Shown: positions 38,251-51,452 of the stretch, piece after piece
Numbering within the stretch: position 1 is the stretch's first letter
How the letters are laid out: each line of letters starts with the position of its first letter
Program-made: the position numbers and the translations under genes
Assembly: GCA_043228905.1 (NCBI GenBank)
Contig: JBHGNT010000020.1
Location: 10,664,001-10,728,000 of the forward strand
Length of the DNA: 64,000 nucleotides
Source of the DNA: Azolla caroliniana
Lineage: Eukaryota > Plantae > Polypodiophyta
Direction of reading: 5' to 3'
Notes under the pieces: model-generated
Told to the model about the DNA's origin: nothing
The model's database searches: none
What the model saw: the letters and a program-made list of their open reading frames with translations, nothing else

Positions 38251-40577
38251 GTAAAGATTGACGGGAGGACAACACATAACAGATACGCAGACAAAAGATG
38301 GGTCCTCCCGGGATTTGCTACCAAAACGAGCGCCACTGAACAAATCTTGCTTTTGCTTATGGTCTTGAGAATTCCTTGACCTATCGTCGTTCTTGAGGGA
38401 CCTCGTTTTGATTGTACGTCTTGCACATTTGTGTATCCCGCAAGGATGCTATCCCTTGTGGATGAAGGGTGTGATTCATTTGAAGGTCTCCTAGTGAGGT
38501 AGTTGGGATATTTTAGTTCTAGATTTTCTTCTTGTCATCAAATATTATATACAAGAGTTAGATGTTCTTCATCCAAGCTTGATTGATTTTGTGTGTGACC
38601 AACCCCACAAAGAGATCGTATGGATGAGTGAAAGACACCAATTGAACAAAGACAGTCTAGTGTATGAGAGATTGGGGTTGGTAGTACAATCCATGTAGTT
38701 TGGCCAATAGATCCTAGTTCAATAAAACTCAACATATTCTTTCTCTAGACTAGACAATCCACTTTGCCATGGTTACAACTACATTCGCTGATGTTTATAT
38801 CGATATGTGGACCTTGGAGATACAACATACAAGAGAAATAACGAGAGGAAATAACGAATAAATAAGGTTATCAAAAGGGAAATAACGAGAGGGATGGACG
38901 CAATAACTTAAAAATGAAAACTCTTATCCAAGTACCTCACGAGGTCCAATTTGGATTGGATGTAGGTAGATAGTGCATCATGTTTATGAAAGTTAGAAAT
39001 CTCGGATGAAGAACACTCAAAAGATAGACAACCAACATTTTGCTTTAGCCACAACTCCCATGTGTCACCGTAAGTTCACTATGTGATCACCGTATGCCAC
39101 CTTTAAGGTCATCATGGACATTGATTTTGGAACCCAAACAACACGATGTGATATATGGAAGCTTAGGAAATAGGCTTGGTGACAAGAATTGACATATTGT
39201 GATATACACAAGAAGCAAAAATGAAGGGGAACCTCTTTTGCCTTTTGTGGTGAGCGAACACTCCATTTATATAGAGGCCCATATGGGCTATTAACTGTTA
39301 CACATGGCGTTTTCAGGGGCCATGTGCATGGCGCCTCGCATGGGCACTCCACACCTCCCCCTTCTAGACCAAACCCAAGCTGATCTTGGATCATGCTAGG
39401 ATTTGGTTTGGATTAGTGTTGTGGCGAGTGCAAAGTTACTTGGGGACGTTAGGGAGGGAACGTGGTTCATGCACGATATGCGAGTTGTAGTGAGTGTGCC
39501 ACCCTCCAACTGAATGAGCGTATGAGTGTTTGGGTCAATCCGCTCAATGACGATGTAAGGACCGACCCAACGGTGGATGAGGGACTCAGAGAGCCTATGA
39601 CAATGTCGAGGGAAATATAGTCGGGTTGTGCCTGTTAGATGAAAAGTGAGTTAGACGGGGTGGTCCCTCGTATTCTTGCTTTTGCCTTTGTTGTGTGACC
39701 ACCAATTTGTATTGCATGGCCCGTCATAGTAGTGGTTGGTGGTGTTGCAAGTAACGACACCATTTATGGCATTCACGTGGCGGGGATTCACCTGGGTTGA
39801 TCGAGGGTTTTGAGGAAATCAAGGATCTTGACCATATAGTGTGCGGAAAGGGTTGATTTGGGTCGATGCTTGCACGGATGTGTTGTATCTGTGGATTGCA
39901 AAAGGTAGGTTCTTGTCCCAATCATGGTGTATATGATCCACATAGGTGGTGATGATTTGCTTGATCGTCTTCTTCATCCTCTCAATTAGGCCATTTGTTT
40001 CGTGGGTGACAAGGGGATGTGAATAATTGGTTGATCCCTAGGGTAAATAGGGTCTAGGCAAGCACAAACATGACTTTGCCCTAGAACTAAGAACCTTGGT
40101 AAGATAGAAGTTGTAGTGGGCATCTACGGGGGAAGATTAATTTGTACAAGAGATCTTGGGCCAATGTATCGGTTGTGATGTGAAGGAGAGGAATAGCTTT
40201 GCACCATCGATTGAGGTATTCCTTTATATTAAGATGTACTTATTACCTCGTGCCGATGTAGGAAAATGACCAACGATGTCCTAATGGACCAACTCGAAGG
40301 GCTCCTTGATTGTGAAGGAGGATAAGGTGCCTTTCAGAGTCGAATGCGACTTCGTGGCCTAGCATATCGGACATTCCTCGAGAAATCGAGATAGATCTTG
40401 CTATAATCGGGGCCAATAAAAGTGAGCTCACATATTTTAGAGTACCCTATGGAAACCAAGGTGGTTGGCAAGTGGTTCTTTGGTTCAAATTCGGGGCGAG
40501 GGTATTTTAGGAATTCTGAAATATATGGGAAAGGGTATATATTCGAATTTCAATTAATTCGAGGAGATATATTTCGG

Positions 40578-40579
<2 letters not shown>

Positions 40580-40640
<61 letters not shown>
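40580..40640. repeat. (TA)n microsatellite upstream of VPS33
   Basis: Direct inspection. Confidence 0.95.
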
Positions 40641-40642
<2 letters not shown>

Positions 40643-40870
40643 AAATTCACACGTTGGAATGTCAGGGCAGAGCAGAGAGTCATTCCAGAAACAGAGCATA
40701 GCAGCCGAGGAAGGGAAGAAGATCAGAAAGGAAAGCAGAGAGAAGAAGATCAGAAAGAAAGAAGAAGAAAAAGATGGAAAGGAACAAGGGAACAATGGCA
40801 TAGAAGCATTTAGAAGAAACAGAAAGAAGAAAAGGGAAAAAGAAAACATATCTGGAGCTCATATTGCACC

Positions 40871-43800
40871 ATGGCTCAATTGCCAAATCTAGACAATGCT
40901 CCCATCAATCTGAATGCATTAAGGTTTTTTTTTTTTTTTTTGTTTTTTTTTGTCTTCCTAATTCATCAGATTCTCATTTTTCATTTTTTTTTTACAACAT
41001 AGTTGTGAAAAACACTGGAACAAACCCTGAGTTGATTTTTGTCCAAAATTCTCCCTAGGATCCTTATTTCGCCAAATTCCCTTGTTCAACCTCCCAAAGA
41101 AGCAATTAGATGGGCTCTGTTAGAGAAATTCGATGGGTCAAACCATTTCCCTTTTTCTTCACAAGTATATGTGCTATTTGAGCAATTATGTGCTCCACTC
41201 ATCTCCTTCTTTTCTCTCTCTTTCTGGCTTGAGCATAAGAAAACTACAGAAAAAAACTTAAGGGTACTCCAAGGTCTTTCTCTTAATCTCCGCGATACGT
41301 TTTATGTATTTTTTTCAACATACTTTTATGTTTCTTGTTTATCTTGTCTTAGTGAATGCAAAACTTACATTGCATTAAAATTTTATTTATTCTTCCTTGG
41401 TTTTGATGGAAATATGAAGGGAGAAGGCACAGAAGGAGCTTGTTCGAGCCTTAGATTCTGTAATTCTTTTCCATTCTCTCTCTACATATAAATCTCCTTT
41501 ATATATTAATAAAAACATATTATTTTTCTTCTTTTGTTGTTATTGTGAGCTTTGAGTTCTTATTTTTTTTTACTAATAGTGAGCATTTGCTGGGTTGTTT
41601 TTTATAGATGTATGGAAAGAAAGTTCTTTACCTCGATCCAAAACTCAGTGGTCCGCTTGCATTAATTGCACAAACATCCCTGCTTAAGGTGCATTTCATT
41701 ACTTCCTTTCTCGTCTTTATTTTCCATGTTTCCACAAAGGAAAAGAAGAAAGAAAGAAACATCAGAAAGAATAAAAGATTGCCCCTTTCGTGGTGATACA
41801 AAGTGCAAAATAGATTGTTGAAAGGATGCAGCATGAATATGGAGGCTTCAGAGAAAAAGAAAAAAAATTCCAAAAAATAAAAGAAGTTTTGTAATAAAAA
41901 AGATGTCGGCAACTTTTCATTCACCAGTTTTCCCTAGTGAAGCTCTTCCCTAAGCCAGTAAACTGTTAAGGATGAGTGGTCTGGGAGAGATGGAAGGTTG
42001 AAGAATCACAATTAGAATGATGGACTGGAAAATTCAAAGGACAGATGAGAGATGCACAGTGGAGAGACATGAGGACTGCCAGATCATGCTGAAAATGAAG
42101 TATCAGTGTACCAGAAACTTTGTAGCTGTAGAAACATCACTGTCATCATAATTACTAACTATTATATGAATTGTGGATTGATATCCTGTCTATTTTGGTT
42201 TTTGGTTGTAGAGATATTAGTTTCTGTTGGTAATCAAGTTGTATGTGGGGTATGCTTGGCCATTTCTGAGCATAGATGGTCTTCATAATCATGATTATTA
42301 GAATACATCAAACCATATCTCACCAATTTAATACTGTGTTTGGTCAGGATCATGGTGTGGAAAACCTTTTTCATCTTGCAGCAGATCCACTGCAGTCTGA
42401 ATGTGCTAATGTCTTGTATATAGTCCGGCCTCGCATCAGCTTGATGAAGCTCATAGCAGAACAAATTCGGCATGATAAAGAAAAGAAAGTGCAAAAGCAA
42501 TATTCAGTGTATTTCTTGCCTCGACGCACTGTTGTCTGTGAGAAGGTTTTGGTTTTAAGTTAGCTTTTTGCAAATTTGAACTTGAAGTTATTTTTATTTG
42601 TGACTTTAACAAACTATTCATAGGTGTATTATTAACTAATAATTAAAAGTATAATCAAAATATAATTCATCAAATTGTTCCAAGCTGATTGGTGGAATCT
42701 TTCTCTTAGACACTCTCATTTGAAAATTTGGGGAATAATTCTTGACGATAAAATTCTATTAATGCTTCAGGTCCTTGAGGAAAAAGGTGTCTTAAACCTT
42801 ACAACTATTGGTGAATTTCCATTGCATTTTATTCCTTTTGATGAAGATGTACTTTCTTTGGAACTTGATACAGCCTATAAGGTAAGTTCCATTTGTTCAA
42901 ATAGACCACAATATTTATCCTGATTATTCAAACAGTTCATCACTTTCCATATTAGGAGTGTCAAGTGGAGGGAGACTCAAGTTCACTTTGGTATGTTGCT
43001 CGAGCTATATCCAACTTACAGGTAGGTAGTTGTCCTTGCTAGTGTTTTGAGGTCCTTCTCATTCTGTTTAATAGATGTAGCAAAGAGTATTCTTGATCGA
43101 ATGGGTATCCTTGGAACTGAATTGAATTAACATAAAATATTAAGGTTGGTGTTTGACAAGAAGGATGAAAATAGGCAATTAAGACAGTTTGCAATCAAAC
43201 ACTTGTTAAATGAGTTGATGTTGATTTTAATTGCAGCTCTCTTTTGGAGTTATTCCTAATGTGAAAGCCAAGGGTAAAGCAGCTACACAGGTTGCTGAAA
43301 TATTGAATCGTATGCAGCTGGAGCATCCAAGCACAACTTATGGGGTGATGATGCTTGACTAGAAATTGATAACAGGAATGTTGTTAGATCATTTTTAAAT
43401 GTTTTTTTGTTTCTTTTATTCAGACGGGGATTCCAGAGATTGATACTCTGATTCTTTTGGATCGGCAGGTAATAATGTGTTCCATGAACGTGCTTCAGGA
43501 ATGCTAATGTGATTTTAGAAGAGGGATAAATAACAGAATAATTCATCACATATTGTTTAGCTTCACACTGTTGTATGTTTGGTTTTGATTATGTGTGTCT
43601 TTGACGATGGCAAATATGGCCTTGCAGTGATATTCATGACATTATTCACTCAGAATTCTAATTGATTTCGCTGGTAGAATATCAGAGACACTGACTATCT
43701 ACAATGAATTGTATTTGCATTATGATGCAATAAAAAAATTCATAACAACAAACACAACGATCACTGCTCCATATAATGAGGAAAGGATTTAGACATGTTG

Positions 43801-46800
43801 CACATGTCAAATATTATACAAGATGTACATACAAATGTGCAATCCAAATCGAGTCCATTACAAGAAAATCATGAAATATCCAATGCTGTATTTTACTAGT
43901 TGTATGTGTGGAATATCATATATTTGCAAATGCTGAAAACTGTGTGCGTGTTATTCCATGGTGTATGTGCCTATACTTAACATTCGAATTTGAAAAATAC
44001 CCATGCTATTCTTTTCATTGGCAGGTTGATATGGTTACACCGATGTGCTCTCAATTGACTTATGAAGGACTTCTTGATGAGGTGGACTGTAAACTTCAAG
44101 CATGCCTAAAAAACATACTGATTTGAGAACTTGGTTTCCTTAACTTTTAAATTTATGTTCCTTCATCTTCAGTTTTTGCATATAAATAACGGAGCAGCAG
44201 AAGTAGATGCTTCCATTACAGGTGCAACACAGAGCAACAAGAAGATGAAAATACCACTTAATTCAAGGTAAGTTTTGCTCCATTTGCATTCAATCAAATG
44301 TGAATTATGGTTCATGTACATATCAGTTGCCTCGATACTACTTGGTAGAATACCAGTTTGTTGGGATGCTCTAGACGTCTACAAATGCATGGTTCAGGAC
44401 ACATTCCACTTTGGACAATACAGGGTTCAACTGTGCACAAGATCCTTGCAAGCTTACCTTAATGCATGCAGATGCTATTGGATAGGCACCTATGAGAGAG
44501 TTCATGGCATGATGCATACACCACTCATTGTATTTGGGAGCTTCCTAATCAATAATACACAATCCTGGCACTTGTGTTGTTGAAAAATTTGGCTGAAAAG
44601 GGGAAGATTGGGTGCTGGTATGCTCACATTAAACATTGGTTTTAGTCGCATGGTTTGAGCACCTCTTTCCATTGTAGCCTCAACTCCCACATCTCAAACA
44701 CATATCATCAAAGTGAGCATGGGTCAGACTTATGTACCACTTTCTAGAAAGAATGCTCACTCTAAGGCTTTGTTTTTACACTTGTCACCTGATGGATTTC
44801 TTACCAAGCCCTCTTATATGGATACAACCCTCATGTGGTTCATGTGGGATAGGGCAGCATAGAACCTCTTCATATTAATTGCAGATTGAGACAAGCAGAT
44901 ACCGGCATCTTTGTGGAAAAACTGATCTCTCCAGTCGTAGGGTCTGGCCCAATCTGCAATAAAAAAGAATTTAAAGACCAATGGTTCTTGGGAATGTTCT
45001 TTTTGTAAATCAAGAGACATAGAGACAGACGGTGTTGAAACACACTGGTAATATGTTTTTCAAAGCCTGCATCAATCTATTATAACGGATTACAAGAGAT
45101 CCAGTTACAAAAATCTTTTGTTCACATAGTCACATCTACACCACAGCCTGTTCACCCTTGTTAACACTTGACTCTGAAGGTGCTTTCCTCACTTCAAGGA
45201 CCTCTCTATTTTGAGTGGCCCATGTTGGATATATTTGAAAGGAGAAGTTTTTACCTATTTTGCTTACGATGCTATAGGTAATGGACATCTACATTTTCTC
45301 AAGAGTATGGAATATCTATATGTGTATGTTTAGCCAAATTCTTGAAGTATAACTGGGGTATTGGAGGAAGTTTTATTATTTATTTATATCTGGTTTGGTT
45401 TTTTGCTCATCAACATGATAATGCATTTTCAGATGTAACCCCATGTTCAATCTCATAGGTTATTTTGGCCTCTTACAAGACATTAACCATCTTTCTCTCT
45501 CTACCATTCTTATCTAACATTCATATCATACATCAAATGATGGTCGCAACTTTGGACTGATAGATCATTTGGGACTTCTGTGGTTTGTCTTGGCTTCTTC
45601 CATTAACCTTCCAAGCTGATGTTTAAGTGAAACAGCTCGTTGAAAAGGTTCCTTTCTTTCTCTCTCTCCCTTTCTCCCTTTGGTTATGAGATAGACCAAG
45701 GGAAGAGTGAATTCTCATATACTGGGGTGCTTTTAGATTTCTTTATTATCTATTCATTCTCGAAGTGTCAAACTATGTTACCTTTTCTTTCATGACAGTG
45801 TACATGAAGTTTTATAAGATTTACAATGATCATATCACTGACAAGTATATTCATCCATTTCAATCTTTATCACATCCTAACCACAAAGTTGCTCATGGAG
45901 GATTCACATATCAACATGTTACATGCTAACGTGGGAGGAATCGAAAGGGCATATTGCCTGTCTTGAAAAAATAATAAGTTCTGTAATGCTCTGCCTATCA
46001 CAAACAAACTCCAAAGTAATCGGTGAGCTTTTGAATGCTCTTTATATGTAAAATCTCCCAAATTCTTTTAACTGTGGGTTGGGGACATATAACTTAGAAC
46101 ATTGGAATGTGTACGATGCATTAGACGTGAATTTAGATTATTGGAATGTGTACCTTGAATTTAGAGTTCTCATTTCCCCAATTCCCTTTCCTTTGTTAAA
46201 GTGACTGAGAGTGTGTTGGCTGGTATGTACATGCAAGTGCTGATGGTAGCTTTGCCTTGTCTTTGCCAGTGACAAACTCTATCGAGAACTTAGAGATCTC
46301 AATTTTGGCATTGTTGGCCAGGTATGGATCATGCTTCATGTGTGTAAAAGAGATCTATCTCTTGTCATGAGAGTAATGCAGCAAATTGTCTATTTCGGCA
46401 CTAGGTGCTTCAACAAAAGGCAACCAGCATGAAGAATGATTATGCAGAAGTGACAACCATGGTAGGTGTAAGACCATGTCAATCATAAATAGCATTCTTT
46501 GGTCTTTTGTTATAGTTGTTCATATACTCGCCAAACTCCTTACAACTGCAGAACCAAAGTGTCTCTGACTTGAAGGATTTTGTGAAGAAGCTCAATGTAC
46601 TACCTGAAATGACGGTATGCTTGTGTCCAACTTGCTAATTGCACTTTTGCACTACTGTTCCAATATTCATTGCAGAACTGCATAATCGATGTATAAAACA
46701 ATTTACTCTTAAGGACAAAAGGGGAACTCAGACTGCTTAAATATTCTTCTATTAAAATTTAAATAACAATTACTTCCTAGTGTAGGGGTCTGAGTTCCTG

Positions 46801-48649
46801 GTGTTTTGCTGCAGAGGCATATCAATCTTGCTCAGCATTTGTCAACAACTTATACTAACAAGGCATCTTTTCTTGAGCGTCTTAGTATTGAGCAGACACT
46901 AGTTGAAGGTCTAAATTATGACATGTAAGCAGCAATCTGTTAATGCATTCTGGGGATGAAATAATGTGGCGATTACTGATTCTCATGCTTTCCGTTTTGT
47001 TCTTGTGGTGCTTGGTGTGATGGATGGTGGTCAGTACATTTGACTATATAGAAGCAATTATTCACAAACAAGATCCCTTAATCAGTGTATTACGCCTTCT
47101 TGTGTTGCTTTCCCTCACTAATGGTGGTATTCCAAAGAAACATTTCGACTATTTACGGTCAGTTAGTTGAACTTAGGCATGTGCATAGTGAGGCAATAAA
47201 TCACAGAATATGTTCTATTCCTATTTCAGGAGAGAACTACTTCATAGCTATGGGTTTGAGTACATGATTCTTTTAAGTAACCTAGAAAAGGCTGGTCTGG
47301 TGAAGAAACAGGTAGAGCTTTATGCTATTTTTATGCTTCTTTCATTTTTATTTTTATGGAATGCAATTATATTCTGATCATAACATGATTGTGTGTGCTT
47401 TATACAGGAAGCAAAAAGTAACTGGCAACTTCTAAAGAAAGTATACAAGCTTATAGTTGAAGATGTGGACGATGCTAAGTAAGAAACTTTTTTGTTGAAT
47501 TCACGTATATTTATTTCCTAAATTTAAATTGATCATTATATTTATTGCTTTGATTTCAGTCCAAAGGACATAGCTTATGTATTCTCAGGATATGCACCAC
47601 TTAGCATCAGAATAGTAGAAAATGCTCTCAAAGATGGATGGTATATATGGCTTGGATTCCTTTTTTGTTTCATGATTTTTGTTACAGCTTGATGATCACC
47701 TGTAATCCAGAGTTGCACAATAACTCTGATGTTTGTTGTGTACTTGATTTTTTTCCCCATAAGTTCAAAATTGAGTTCCCACAAAATCTATCCTTATGTT
47801 TATCTAATTTTGATTCCCAGGCTTTCAGCAGTAAAAGTATTACCAGGGCCACACATTGAGCGGCCAGAGGTTGGCCTGATTCACGATTGTCTTTTCTTTT
47901 CGATGGGTAGTGTTTTAGAATTAAATTTGTGATCATTTTCATGGTTTCTGGCAGGTTAAGCCCAACACATCTGATGCATCGCATGAGGGTAGTCAAGAGA
48001 GGTAAAGCCTAATCGTTCTACCATCTCTCATAACATGATATATAAAAGTAACTTGTGAAAAATGTATAGATATATGTAGATGTGTAGTTTATATGGATTA
48101 AGTGATTAATCATCCATTATAATAACAAATCTTCAAGTATGAGATGGTTAGTTGTATATAGATTTTAACAGATCAAGCTATCCACTATAGTAAGTCTTTC
48201 AGTACCAGTATACACCTCGTTTTCATTGAAATTTGACATTGTCAAGATGGGGGATCAATACGCTTTATATGAATTAATCATCGGACGTGTGCTGTTTGTA
48301 AAAGAGAGAAATAGGTTTGTTGAAAGTGTTGGTGTGTGTGTGTATAGGTATGAGAATAGTGGAAGACGATCACTGGTGCTAGTAATGTTTATTGGAGGAG
48401 TCACTTTTGCTGAGATCTCAGCTCTCCGTTTCTTGAATGCACAGGTAAAATCTGAATATTGTGTTCTTGAGGAGAGATTTAATGATGAAAAGTAAGTCAA
48501 GAGATGAGTGAAAAGCTGCTTTGTTTTTTGTGTGCGTGCATGTGTGTGTATAGGAGGGCATGAAATATGACTTAATGGTAGCTACAACCAAGCTCATAAA
48601 TGGAACTAGCTTAATTCAAACACTCTTGGAAGATCCAAGTTCTCGTTGA
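40871..48649 (+). CDS. VPS33: Vacuolar protein sorting 33 (Sec1/Munc18 family), 22 exons
   Basis: [104 protein letters not shown]. All introns traced as GT-AG and in frame. Confidence 0.97.
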
Positions 48650-50683
48650 GCAGCAGTTTTCGAAGTAAACAACATGAATGGATTGCAGAGTTTCTTTTTT
48701 CTCCTGCAAAAAAATGATTTATTTTCCTCTGGAACTAGTTTTCGGCCGAACATTTGTGTAACTGAATAAGAACTAGAACTAGTTTTGAGAAAAAATGTGT
48801 AATATAAAAAGAGAGCAAGATGACAAGAGTGGCGGTAATGTAAAACATGATACAGACTGACCAGCCATGTATTTGGGAGTTTGAAATATAACCGAATCAC
48901 TTTGTCAAACGTCACTAAATCTTGCACAGCTAAAATTCAATACAAAATATTGCTTGTATTTTTTAACCAGAAGTATGTTTTTGTATGGATGGCAAATTCA
49001 CAGTGAACATATTTTCTCCCATGGGGTTAAGTTGCCATGTTAGATGACATAGAAAAGAGGGTACAGTGAATTATTGAAATCATCAATCATCAATCATCAA
49101 TGATTATGTTGTAACAATAATAATATCTTTCTACACTATTATCCTCAAGAATCCCTATTGTAAGGGGTGTTGTGCTCTTCACGGTATGTTTTACTACATC
49201 AAAGTAATGGCATCAGTCTTCACATCCTTTTCACAAGATTGTTTGTTGCCCGAACCTGATCAAAAGAAATGCATTGATGTTGTGTGCAAAGAACTTTCTT
49301 TTGAGTACATAAAGCTTACATAAATTTGAGAGGATGGTTGGAATCTAATAAATGGTCGGTCCTCTCCCATGAGCTACCTACCTTCTTTGAGATTGCTAGG
49401 TGTTCATATTTCGTTTAGATGGGTGCTTTCAAGTTTGTGAATACACATTAGGAAGGTATTAAAAAAGTATATTTGCAGCTCATTCTTAATGAAAACAAGA
49501 TTGACACGAGCATCCTTTGTAAATGTATTGAAAATGTGTTTGCAATGGGCCCCATGTACGGAAAGCTTAGATATAACTATAAGAATAGATGGAATGCAAT
49601 AAATGGGTGTTATTTGCTAGCTTTCCTAATATGATTGTCAAGTTGAAATGCACAAAATGGGTTTGGTGACACTCTCTCTCATTCACCAATTTCACCACTT
49701 CCTAAGTTTCACCACTTCCTAAGTTCGGGTTGCAACAAGAGTTAGAGAGACAAACATTGATTGTGCTCAAAGATATGATATGCACATGCTAGTTGACTAT
49801 GCCACCACCTATTGTGTCAACATCCAAGGTCATTCTCGTTGTTACTATATATAACCAAGAAGAGACGTGTGGTTTGTCACATGAAAAGGTTTTGGGTGAG
49901 AGTGACTAAAACTCTTAACCATTTCCTTACGAATACAATCCCCCCTTGTTGTGCAACTATGTAAATCTTATTCTCACAATCTATTTGAATTAGGGAGCGG
50001 GGAGACATATGGTTGCTTTGTTGTTTTCCCTCTCAATTGTCAAATTTATGCATGGGCAACGAAATACAAACTATGGGATGCTCAATTCTTAACCCTTTTG
50101 CTAATCAATTAAGCATGTGTGGGTTCCAAGGTCATACAGGATGTAGGGGATAAGGTATAGATAAATCAAAGTTTCATAAAAACGAATATGATGATTGTTG
50201 TGGAGTCTTGATTGCTTATTACAAGCTTTTCTTTAGCACACTTTATATTTGTTTAATAATAATGTACAAAGTTGGGCTCAAAAGCACAAAAAGAAATACA
50301 TACACAAACTTATATATCTTCTAATTCAAACTCAACAAATTTATACCTTAGAGGAAATGTCTAAGATTTTCTTTTATGAAAAGAAAGAGCCCACAACCAC
50401 GAAAACCCTTTGCCATTGCAAGCAAAACCATGGGTTAGACTATTGGTTAGTTGGTCCTGTGTTTCATATCAATGACAACACCACTACCATGATGGACTAA
50501 GCTAAAATGATGCTACGATGTACAATTCTATTAGAATATAAAGGCAAATGAAAAGTAACAATACAAAGTCCTAGCGGCAATGGTGGAGAACAATAATGGG
50601 AGTTGGGTAGAAGAGACATCAATTGCAATGTAAGAGAGAAGAAAGAAAAGATATATTGACACCTTTTTAAGAGGCCGAAATGG

Positions 50684-50687
<4 letters not shown>

Positions 50688-50738
<51 letters not shown>
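50688..50738. repeat. (GA)n microsatellite
   Basis: Direct inspection; a further (CT)n lies at 51241-51281. Confidence 0.95.
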
Positions 50739-50741
<3 letters not shown>

Positions 50742-51236
50742 CGCACACACACATTATGTATGCCATAATGTATGTATTTATGGATGGATCAAGATGAATG
50801 GTTGATAGAGGAAATAAAGACAATCCACTTAGAACATTCATGGAAATTTCTCTCTCTCTCTCTCTCTAGTTGTAGTAGTAAGGAATTGAGGGAACCTTCG
50901 TTTCGATCCTCAGCCATGAGATCGACCTTGTCGTGACCCCATCCTTGTTGATGGATTTCCATCGGTCTATGTGGACATACAAAAATTATCGGCCCCTAAC
51001 CCATCCCCATAGAATCGAACGACCAATCTGCTAATGGTTTGTCCTCCTGCAGAGCTCATACATAGGCTCTAGGCAGCTGACCACCCATCCCATCTCATCG
51101 GATCGGATGGACCCCGACCAAATCAATAACCTTCCATTGGTTCGTTATCATCATGCACTAATAGAAAAAGCTCTCGGCCCCTAACTATTCCCCAAATCGA
51201 ATAGTGTCACTCGGGACCTATACAAAGCTCTCTCCT

Positions 51237-51283
<47 letters not shown>

Positions 51284-51452
51284 GGAAACCAATAACAACA
51301 CAAGGGAAGCAAAAGAAAGAAGAAGAAGTGAAGAAGAATTGTAAAGTAGTGAAGAAGAAGAAAGAAGAAAGAAGAAAGAAGAAAGAAGAAGCAGTCATTT
51401 TGAACACACAGCAAAATAAGTGAACTACTTACTACATAAAAAACTACACAGA

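Noticed and set aside
40871-48649. Non-canonical introns or disruption in VPS33
   Set aside because: All 21 introns traced as GT-AG with the frame intact; an ordinary gene.
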